DNA from: Tetramitus jugosus
Lineage: Eukaryota; Protista; Heterolobosea
Reading direction: 5' to 3'
Assembly (NCBI GenBank): GCA_937625935.1
Contig: OW569370.1
Span: 1 to 64,000 of the forward strand
Length of the DNA: 64,000 nt
A program made the position numbers and the translations under genes. The notes beneath the pieces are model-generated. The model had not been told where the DNA came from. It worked only from the letters and a program-made list of their open reading frames with translations, and did not search any database. This document shows, in pieces, positions 1 through 9,261 of this stretch. Numbering within the stretch: position 1 is the stretch's first letter; each line of letters begins with the position of its first letter.

Positions 1-887
1 CCAAACCCAACCCAAACCCAAACCCAAACCCAAACCCAAACCCAAACCCAAACCCAAACCCAAACCCCAAACCCAAACCCAAACCCAAACCCAAACCCAA
101 ACCCAAACCCAAACCCAAACCCAAACCCAAACCCAAACCCAAACCCAAACCCAAACCCAAACCCAAACCCAAACCCAAACCCAAACCCAAACCCAAACCC
201 AAACCCAAACCCAAACCCAAACCCAAACCCAAACCCAAACCCAAACCCAAACCCAAACCCAAACCCAAACCCAAACCCAAACCCAAACCCAAACCCAAAC
301 CCAAACCCAAACCCAAACCCAAACCCAAACCCAAACCCAAACCCAAACCCAAACCCAAACCCAAACCCAAACCCAAACCCAAACCCAAACCCAAACCCAA
401 ACCCAAACCCAAACCCAAACCCAAACCCAAACCCAAACCCAAACCCAAACCCAAACCCAAACCCAAACCCAAACCCAAACCCAAACCCAAACCCAAACCC
501 AAACCCAAACCCAAACCCAAACCCAAACCCAAACCCAAACCCAAACCCAAACCCAAACCCAAACCCAAACCCAAACCCAAACCCAAACCCAAACCCAAAC
601 CCAAACCCAAACCCAAACCCAAACCCAAACCCAAACCCAAACCCAAACCCAAACCCAAACCCAAACCCAAACCCAAACCCAAACCCAAACCCAAACCCAA
701 ACCCAAACCCAAACCCAAACCCAAACCCAAACCCAAACCCAAACCCAAACCCAAACCCAAACCCAAACCCAAACCCAAACCCAAACCCAAACCCAAACCA
801 AAACCCAAACCCAAACCCAAACCCAAACCCAAACCCAAACCCAAACCAAAACCAAAACCAAAACCAAAACCCAAACCCAAACCCAAA
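1..887. repeat. Terminal telomeric array (CCCAAA)n / (TTTGGG)n with proximal CCAAAA variants
   Basis: Nearly uninterrupted CCCAAA hexamers from base 1 to 887, with the C-rich strand at the 5' end as expected at a left chromosome end. CCAAAA variants at 798-803 and 846-869. Confidence 0.97.
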
Positions 888-1866
888 TTCACTTTCTTTT
901 CAAAAATCAAAAACTTCATCCAAATTCAAAACAAAATCGATCTATCATCTAAATTCTGATCAAACATGATTAATGAAAGCTCAAATCACTCATTCCATTT
1001 CTTTATCCATCTCTTGACTTTCGCTCCTTACTCTTTGTCGAAAACGGAAATTCTCTCATTCAATGCTCAACATCTGGATGTTTTTGAAGCAATATAGTGA
1101 GTCAATATATGTTGAATGAGTAATCATTCCTACTTCTCTTCAGTTATGATGGGTTGGGTCTGGGTATTCAACTCTGCATTCAAGAAAAACACAAAATTTG
1201 AGTTCTCATACTGTCAGAGTTCAAATCTCTTATAAGAAGAACTTTTGAAAAAGCTTTCCAGTCTATTACATCTATAAATCTGAATTGTCATTCAGAAAAG
1301 CTAGTAGTCTGTATTTCTGACCCTTTGGATCTTCAAGCTAGATTCAGATTTGAAACTTCACTATTTCACTGACTTACAGGATTTTAAAGCGAAAGGTCTC
1401 AATAATACATAGAATATCTGATTCTACTGTGATTCTATAATAAAAACTGCCGATTCTATTCCTAAAAACGCGAAATCAAGTCAGTCAAAATTTCAGAAAC
1501 ATCAAGTCATAAGACATCAAGTCAAAAAATAGAGTTAGTAGGAAATCATGTTAAAAATGATCAAATAATGTCCCAATACTCTGATCTAAAACAAAGAAAT
1601 CATTTGTCACTAGTACGTCTTATCTCCAGTACAGAATCAAAATCGTCTAAAATCTGTTGCAGTTTTACCACTGTTGCCGATAAAAATCTGTTAAATACAG
1701 CACAGATATATCGGCTCTACGAGCCGATAAAGCTCAAATCGAGTTGAAAACCTCGCCAATCTCTTCACCTCAACCAGCTGAAGCTCCTAGAGTAATAAAA
1801 AATCTCAAAAAAAAAATTACTATATAAGGAAATCGTTTCCTTAGGTTGGGGAATCCAGGATGTATC

Positions 1867-1890
1867 CCCAAACCCAAACCCAACCCAACC
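1867..1890. repeat. Short interstitial telomere-like tract
   Basis: CCCCAAACCCAAACCCAACCCAACC, in the same orientation as the terminal array and about 1 kb inside it. Confidence 0.75.
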
Positions 1891-2595
1891 ACTTTCTAAC
1901 TAGAACAGATTCAACGACAGTCGAACTGTCTGACTCACATGACGGTTGACCTTACGGACAAGGTTGTGAATGTTCTGGTCCTTGGCTCCTTTGCGAGAGG
2001 TGTGAAAGAGTTGGATGCTTTCAGTTGCCACAAAGACTGGCGCAACTGCTCTTGGTGATAAGCAGTGAAGCATACGGGCTTTTGCAAGTTCGGGTCAACG
2101 CTGTGGAAAGAAACATACTCATAAGTTAGTGCGCAAACAAAAAACAATGATGAAATTCAATGCAAAAGGTGTGATCTTGTTGGTGATACAAACATTCAGT
2201 TAAGTGAAATTTGATTCCAATGCATTGATCTTGGTCATTGAATCATTGTATTGTTTCTCGTTGTTCAATTCTCCCTTAATTGCTTGATTATTGAAGTCCT
2301 GATCATCTCGTCGATTTCTTCTCTTGTTGGGGCATTATCTTGTCGATTTGTCGTTTGCTGATGGGTAGTGCGTAGTGGTACTTTTGTCGAGTTAGTTCTT
2401 GGTCTGTGGAGCTTGATATAAACTAGCCTTCTATCCGTTGTCTGCATGGGTTGTTGTGTTGATAGATATTGTTTGCTTTCATTGCCTCGGAGTGATTATC
2501 GAAAATAAAGTTTGCTGCTCCAATAGCGTCTTCACCCTCTATTATTCTTGAATTGATGAGACTTAACTCTCTTGTTTCGTTTCTTTCCTTGTTGA

Positions 2596-3082
2596 TTAAA
2601 TTTCAATTTTGAATTTTGTAGGACAATTTTCATAACTGTAATTCTCCTCCTTCGACTGACTTTGTTTGAGCAGTTCACGCTGAGTCGAGAGTAAGGACAG
2701 AGCACTCTTCTTCCAGAAGAATGGAGAGGTGTTTCTGAAAATTTGTAACTTTCTTTCGGTCAAAAAGGATGGAGCACGAAGTACGTTTTTCTGAAACTGG
2801 TGAACTCTCAGAAGAGTTGGACTGTTCACTCATTGGTTTCAACGATTCGATGATATCTTGCCGCAAGTTTTCAATCGAGTCCACGACAAAGTTACACGAA
2901 AAAGTTCGCTGAATGCAACCGTTAGTTACCACCACCTCAATTAGTAAGTCCGAGTACATCATGTTGCTTCGGTAGGTCCGAGGTTTCAATATCGAGAATC
3001 TCACACCCTTTAGTTTCGCAGCACGATGAAAGAGGAATCCATTAATATTCTGCACTAAACTCTCTGGAGGAGGGTCGCTCAA
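2596..3082 (-). pseudogene. Possible degraded subtelomeric ORF of unknown function
   Basis: Two overlapping minus-strand ORFs (135 and 77 aa) that could be one frameshifted gene. No recognisable motif. Confidence 0.25.
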
Positions 3083-4054
3083 ACTGCTGCAATAGAGGAT
3101 AAATGGCTCTTCATTATGTTAATGCAGGTTATACAGAGCAAACCAAATCCAATGGGGATCAAAACAAAATGGAAGTAAAATTGGGATGTTAACAACAAAA
3201 TATCCCATTGTTCTCTAACTTATGTTCTTTGCATTTGCAATGTTCCATGTCTGAATCAAAGAATTATTTTCATCCATCGCTCTCAATTTATGTTGAGGAG
3301 TTGTTGAAAAGAGTAAGAATTATTCTTTTCCGTTTCTTAGGAGTAGTTGCTTCTGTCTGATTGTCATTGTTTTTATCCTCGTTCACTTCATCATCATCTG
3401 AACTGTGAAATTTGTCCAATTCAGCTGTTGCTCCGGATTTTCAAGAGTTGAATCACTTGATTAAAACCGACCTTAAATTTAAGACATGGTTTCCTGTGGT
3501 CAGAAGACTCAGTCCTCCTAAGCAAATGAATCAACGTATCAGATTATCAAATCAACAATTAGACAAATCAATGACCAAGGAAGTTGAAGATCTCTCATTA
3601 GGGTTGCTTCGAAGAATATTGGTAATGCTTTCTCAAAGGTTTGGACAAAGATGATAAGAGACAATCGATTCCGAGTTGAATATAAGTTTAAAAAAGACCC
3701 TCAGTATCTGGATTTGGTCACTCAAAGGCAAGGTGAGAAGAATAGCAAGCTGAAAAAGACTCTTTATGAGAGAATCAGAAATATAGAGGGTATTCTGCCA
3801 CTCACTCACTGTGTTGAGAGATACTCTGAGGAAAATATGAAAAAATTATTGTCAAAACATCAAATGCATCAAAATTTGTATTTTGATGCACTTTGCTAAG
3901 AGACATCACCATTATGTCAAGCAGCCCAAAATCAAATCACACGAGAAGGCAACATCCATCGAGCGAACCAAAACAGACATTGATATCTTGACATGAGCAA
4001 CTAGGCTTGATGTGTGTCTCTGCTTGGTTAGAAAGGTCTAACAAGCGGGACTTG

Positions 4055-4860
4055 TCAGAATCGATGGCCCATATTTGCAATGTCCTGCTCAGCCAACTCA
4101 AACACCAAGTGCAAGCACTGAAACATGGTGTCTGCTCGACCGAGTCTCATAGCCATCCATCTTTGCATCGAGCACACCAATTCATGAGTGGGCGAAATGG
4201 TAGATCCAGAGTGCACTCCACAAGAAGGCACCCAAGTCGTCCAATGACACCACTCGGCCCAAACCACCGGCAATATGAACCAGCGCTTGAAGGGAACTGA
4301 TTACTTGGGTGATCGAATCATCAGGACAAGGGTTTCGTCAAGTGGTTGCACATCAGACAAACATTCGTCACTGAGTGTGCTCCTGATTGACAACAGGGTT
4401 TCAATCAAGTGATCAATCTGTTGCAAGTTGGTGACTCGAAGTGGGGGAATGCAGATGCTCTTGTGTTGAGTCGCCAATCGACAAAGATCAAGCTCGAGCA
4501 CTTGTCCCATGGCAATCGTTGTCTGCTCAATTCTTCCACAGTGAGTGCAGCTCAGGCACATGGACTTGCGAATGGTGGGATCACTGATTGCTTGTTCAAT
4601 GATTGGCAAAGTTGTTTCAAGCACAGTTGACTCGAGCATGGAACAAGGTTCAAAAGAGTGGGCTTCTATCATGTCTAACTCGGCACATTGTCATGCCACT
4701 CGTCACAACTGGTGGTGTCACTCGGGAGTGTAAACAGTGTTGGTGAGTGAGGATCCATTTGCCAACAACCATGTTTTCAAGTCATGACACTCGAAGGGTT
4801 TCGAAAAGATAGTTTTGGATTTTGATGATGATTGGCATTCAGGCACCCAAGTGAGCAACC
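4055..4860 (-). pseudogene. Degraded coding remnant, weakly reminiscent of a USP (C19) peptidase
   Basis: Broken frames contain CLSCTHCG...VLELDL, and further on VHSGST...ARCKDGWL*DS, which loosely echo the USP fingers and His box. Several stops and frameshifts. Confidence 0.2.
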
Positions 4861-5041
4861 GACCACTCGCTCACGCGACGATTGATGAAAGAGGGGACAA
4901 GAGAGAGGTCGTACCCATCTGTTACTAGCCAATCCAAAAGCTCCAAGTTTCCAGACTCGTTACTCAATTTTGAGTTCAATCATATTTTTTTTATTGTTTT
5001 TCTCTTTTTTTGCCCTTGTTCATAAACATAAATTCTAGACC

Positions 5042-5705
5042 TTAATTATTTATTAAGCCCTTAATAAAGTATCTATTGTATCCAAACTTGTACTGTGGAG
5101 CAGTAGGCACCTCGTATCCCAATTCTTTGGCAGCACGAATTGGCCAGTTAGGTTCTCTGAGCGATACACGACCAATGAGAACAAGATCAGCCCTCTTATC
5201 TTCAATAAATTTGTTTGCCTTCACTGGATCAGTAATCAAACCAACAGCTCCTGCCAGCACTCCTACTTCATTCACCACTCTCTCGGCGAATGGAACTTGA
5301 TAATTAACGAACTGAGCAAATGCTTTCACCCTGGTGTTAGCTCCAGAAGAGCAATCAATGAGATCAACACCGACATCTTTCAACAATTGAGAAAGCTTGA
5401 CGTGATCATCAACAGTCCAACCTTCTTCGACATAATCCGTAGCAGACAATCTTGTGAACAGTGGTAACTCATCAGGAATGGCAGCTCTAACTCTCTCACA
5501 AATTCGTACAATCAGTCTAGTTCTGTTCTCAAAGCTTCCTCCATACTCATCTGTCCTAAAGTTTGACAACGGGGAGTAAAAGTTGTGTAGCAAGTAACAT
5601 TGGTGCAATAGCAATTCTATTCTTTAGTGTGCGACCACGAATGGTCAATGGAGTGAATAGAGCAGGCACTTGTTTTTCTTGTTGAAGTTCTTGTTGTGCA
5701 GTCAT
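5042..5705 (-). pseudogene. Old Yellow Enzyme (NADH:flavin oxidoreductase, YqjM/NamA-like) pseudogene with an internal deletion
   Basis: ATG at 5705 gives MTAQQELQQEKQVPALFTPLTIRGRTLKNRIAIAPM, the OYE N-terminus. It is joined out of frame at ~5597 to YLLHNFYSPLSNFRTDEYGGSFENR...DLIDCSSG...ADLVLIGR, the OYE C-terminal half. Confidence 0.9.
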
Positions 5706-6149
5706 TGTTGTTTTCTTGTGTTAGGGTTAAGTTTTTCTTTGTTGTTTTGTTGTTATTTGTTCTTGGACTATGCAAGAAGCAATTTTAAAGGTGGCAAATT
5801 GTGCGCAATCGACCACCTTTTGCCACCTTCTGGAAGTTAGGACATTCGCTGCGGAAGACAGAAGCCACGACATTCGTTCAAATGCGGGTATCGGTATTAA
5901 GTATTTAACACTCAGTTACCGGTCACTTACGGAAGCATGATTGCACACAATTGGGAGAGCTTCGATCACGCGTGACAATGGCCAAAAATACAACCGATCA
6001 TGATCCGAGTATGACAATAATTATTAATCGACAAATGAAAAGGAAAAGATCAAATATGTTGACAACGATGATGCGTCTTTCAATTCTTGCCCCATGAAAT
6101 TCGATGGAAATCTTCGACAGTCAATCGATTTGTGTACCAGCATTTTGCC

Positions 6150-6270
6150 TTTATTGAAATGATACATTGAACCTTTGGAAACAAATGGCACATTCCAACT
6201 AGTCTAGAGCCCCAGTAGGGTTAGACATATAATGCCGTAGGCTGGCAAGGGAATCTATTGACTTCCACTA
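6150..6270 (-). ncRNA. Putative Fanzor omegaRNA (scaffold plus flank-derived guide)
   Basis: Lies directly 3' of the Fanzor stop. Four consecutive stems (GGAAgTC/GATTCC, TGCC/GGCA, GTCTA/TAGAC, TTGGAA/TTCCAA) and a possible AGCCU:AGGUU pseudoknot ending at 6170. Confidence 0.45.
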
Positions 6271-6276
6271 TTACAC

Positions 6277-7243
6277 TTACAAAGGAACTTGATCAATATG
6301 TTTCTGGCAAGGCATCACATGGCGCAACAAAACAACCAATCCATGATCGATTCCATGATTTGTCGGAACCTGTAATGGGACCACGTGCACATCTGACTTG
6401 CAGTCTTGCTTCGAATTTTTCGCTCTCCTCTTGATCATCGTAATTCTCACACAAGTACTTACTGATCTTGTGATGGGCATCCTTGACTTCTTCAGCATCG
6501 CTTTCCTCATGTTCTGTCTCTTCTTATGATTGAACTCATAGGCTTGACTTTCCTTTTTCTGGTTCATTTAAATCTTGTCTGCCCGATACAGATGTTTGAA
6601 GATTCGATCCATTCCTTTACTGCCAAACTCGATGGAGGATCCATCGGTAGCATAACCAGTCATGAAGGCCCTCACTCCAGGATCTAAAGACATGACATTC
6701 TTAAAGGTGTTTGGCACTTCCTTCAGTTTGTCTAACGGCTTCAACATGATGACATAGAATCGACCAATGGAGTCCTTGATAATTCTAGTGTTATACTGGA
6801 TGTCAACTGGAAATTTGCTCTTGGTTTTGATCTCTCTGAGCCAAGAAGCACTTCCATCATCATTCCAGTGTCTGTAGCGAAGAAGGATTCTGTCAATTTC
6901 TTCTTTTTGCTCTTGAATTTCATTTGAAACATCGTCACCTCTGCAAACACCTTAGCCTTTAACGCCTTTCCTTTCAAGCCCTGAGCTCTCAGTCTGACCT
7001 CTGCTTTCTGTAACTTTTCCTTGTGGACTTTCAGTGCTTGTTGGGTTTCCACGTCTTGTCTTCCTGTTTTTTGAGCATAAACTTGTTATAAAAGTCAACA
7101 CATTGGTTATACACCCAACGATAAATTCCCATCCACTGATTCAATTTCTTCCTCTCTTCATTGTTGGGATACAATCTTATCTTCCAGGCTTTTACAACCT
7201 CAACTTTCTTACGAGCCTTGGTAGTGACCCTGTTCTTCTTCAT
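6277..7243 (-). pseudogene. tnpB: Fanzor2/TnpB RNA-guided endonuclease pseudogene
   Basis: Read across frames: KAWKIRLYPNNEERKKLNQWMGIYRWVYNQC (N-terminal HTH_OrfB-like), FQMKFKSKK, GRFYVI, VMSLDPGVRAFMTGY (RuvC-I, Asp codon 6682-6684), VKDAHHKISKYLCENYD, RKIRSKTASQMCTWSHYRFRQ, VLLRH. In-frame TAA at 6568-6570, several frameshifts. RuvC-II Glu segment, Zn finger and RuvC-III are not found. Confidence 0.9.
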
Positions 7244-7500
7244 CGCCTCGAGCCTCTCGTTCTTCTTCTCTTATTTTCTGCAGCACGTCGTCCACTATTT
7301 CTTGCAACGAACACACTGATGACTGAGAGGGCTTTGGACAATTCATCTTCTGATGAAGTTTGCCCTGCTTCATCTTCACTGTGAATCAGCAATTTTGTTT
7401 GAAACTTTGGGTAGATTTGTTCAAGTAATTGGTATCCAAATCGACACAGTCTGTCTTTGCGCATGACCACAGTTTCTGAGACAAGCTTTTGAATCGTTGC
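7240..7500 (-). pseudogene. tnpA: IS607-type serine recombinase (TnpA), C-terminal remnant
   Basis: ATIQKLVSETVVMRKDRLCRFGYQLLEQI...SEDELSKALSVISVFVARNSGRR matches the IS607 resolvase DRLxRFG and EELxxDLLxIxxVFSARxxG pattern. In-frame TGA upstream at ~7505; HTH and catalytic YARVS not found. Confidence 0.85.
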
Positions 7501-7873
7501 GAATCATGCAAGAGAGGGTTGAGAAGCAAAAACTTAAAAGACAATTGAAGAGGAAAAGGGAGTTGGAAAAAATGTGGGAAAGCTATCAAACCACCTTCAG
7601 AGTAACAGGTTTTGGTTTTCCTTTCTGACAGTGTTTTGTCTAAGCTAAGATGGTTTTAAAGCATTTTACGATGTTGCAGAATCCGATTGTATGTAAAAGT
7701 AGCAGAGGACAATGTTGAAATTCCAACGAACTCAATCAATGCTGAATGATATCCCTTTGTTTGTTAAAGCTTCTTTGTTGAATGTGAATAAACAATGCTC
7801 AGCCACGGACTCAGTTTCGACTGTGTTTTTATCGTGAATTCACATACTCTACACACTGCTTTCTTGGCACATA

Positions 7874-8722
7874 CTAGACCGTTTCCTTTTTTCCAACACC
7901 TACCACAATCGCCGCGTTGTTCTCTTTGCCGTTTTTCTCTGCCTGTCTGAAGAATTCTTCCTCTCCTAATTCAGAAAACTTCTGTGCTGGGTTGCTCAAC
8001 CACTTTTCCCAATGAGCTTGGACTCGAGAAACCTTGTATCCTGCTGCTGTCATTGTATTGCCTAGAAGCATTTCATTCCAAGTGTACAAATGGTTGTTCT
8101 TATCATGTGGAACCCATATCTGTGGGTTTGATTCATGTTTGACAGTAACCACAAGAGTTCCACCTTCTTTCAGTTTGTAATAGAGTCTTCTCAACTCTAG
8201 TACTGGATTTTCCACATGTTCAAGGACCGATGTTGTAACAACGATATCGATACTCTCATCTGGTAGATCTTGGCTATACTTTACGAAAGTGATATCTGGA
8301 TAAGTCTTCGCCGCTTCTTCACGAGCAATATCATTCAACTCCACACCATATTTTTGACTACATTTCTTCATGTTGGCTATGACAGCTCCAGACGAACTTC
8401 CGAACTCAGCACACACAGCTCCTTCCTCTACATAATCTCTCCAGTATCTTTGTTTGAATTTACCACCAAATACGTTCAAACTTCTCTGCCAAGCATAGTA
8501 TTTTGAATCATAATGAGTAACACTAGTCGATGTGTCGTCCCTTTGAGTGGCTGCAGCATCTTTCAGGTTGTTCAACTGCTTCTGTAGATGTCCAATTTCA
8601 TCCTTGAGGGAAACTGTTTGGTTTTTTCTCCAAAGAGAGATTGAGAAGAGCAAGAAGATTGTAATTAGAGCTGATGCTACAATGAGCAACACTGGTTGTC
8701 TTTTGAGGGTTAGATGGTTCAT
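7874..8722 (-). CDS. Type II membrane class I SAM-dependent methyltransferase
   Basis: N-terminal signal anchor and coiled stem, motif I variant CAEFGSSSG, YGVELN, DIVVTTSVLEHVENP...LKEGGTLVV. Single exon. Confidence 0.85.
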   Translation of the reverse strand: MNHLTLKRQPVLLIVASALITIFLLFSISLWRKNQTVSLKDEIGHLQKQLNNLKDAAATQRDDTSTSVTHYDSKYYAWQRSLNVFGGKFKQRYWRDYVEEGAVCAEFGSSSGAVIANMKKCSQKYGVELNDIAREEAAKTYPDITFVKYSQDLPDESIDIVVTTSVLEHVENPVLELRRLYYKLKEGGTLVVTVKHESNPQIWVPHDKNNHLYTWNEMLLGNTMTAAGYKVSRVQAHWEKWLSNPAQKFSELGEEEFFRQAEKNGKENNAAIVVGVGKKETV

Positions 8723-9261
8723 GGTTTGTTGGGAAGTGGTTTGTTTTCTATCGGGAGTGAACGAGTCCGAAGCCTTCCTCTTTTAAGGGGAAAGACAATT
8801 CTGACTGGACACCCCTTTCAGCCTCAAACAAGATATGATGTTTTCATGTCACTTGCTCTTTGTTTGTTCGTCGTCCAATCTATTTTACAACGCACAGAAC
8901 TTTCTAGGAGGTAGAAAACTCGTTCGCTGAAGGTTAAATACACATTCACTGTTGTTTTTGCGAAAGGGATTTGGGTTGTAAAATATTAGAAATACACGAA
9001 CATAAGAAACTAGAAAATGTCAGCTACGCAAGAAAGAAGCATAACAAGGTAAAAAGAACTAGGATAATACGTCATGATGGGGTTATGAACCTCGAATCAA
9101 ATTACAAAGCGCGAGCAAACCCTCCTGCAAAAATCGAAAAAAACTGGACACATCTTTCAAATGGTTATTGTAAGTTTGTCGAACAGAGTCTCCACCGTTA
9201 AATGATACCTCGTTGCATTGTCCATCATCAATGTATCTCGTCTACTAGAGTTGAGACTTTA

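Larger units (their letters stand above)
6170..7505 (-). mobile_element. Degenerate IS607-family element (serine recombinase TnpA + Fanzor2/TnpB), 5'-truncated
   Basis: TnpA C-terminal motif VVMRKDRLCRFGYQLLE...ELSKALSVISVFVARNSGRR is followed directly by TnpB/Fanzor2 motifs. The right end is inferred from the structured tract; the left end is not identifiable. Confidence 0.85.

Noticed and set aside
1-887. CRISPR array or simple microsatellite
   Set aside because: No spacers. Terminal position and strand polarity fit a telomere.
1151-1165. Inverted telomere-like GGGTTGGGTCTGGGT as a G-quadruplex or fusion scar
   Set aside because: Only three G-runs and degenerate; too short to support a claim.
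1709-1790. Helitron 3' end (hairpin + CTRR)
   Set aside because: No CTRR at the expected ~10-15 nt after the hairpin on either strand, and no Rep/helicase remnant.
3412-3899. Two short plus-strand ORFs as real genes
   Set aside because: No recognisable motifs, one has a non-ATG start, and both lie in the decayed subtelomere.
6277-7243. Functional Fanzor expressed through introns or programmed frameshifting
   Set aside because: Essential RuvC-II, Zn-finger and RuvC-III segments are physically absent, there is an in-frame TAA, and no GT-AG introns repair the frame.
5042-7505. OYE gene disrupted by insertion of the IS607/Fanzor element
   Set aside because: Both OYE ends (5705 and 5042) lie on the same side of the element; the lesion is an internal deletion.
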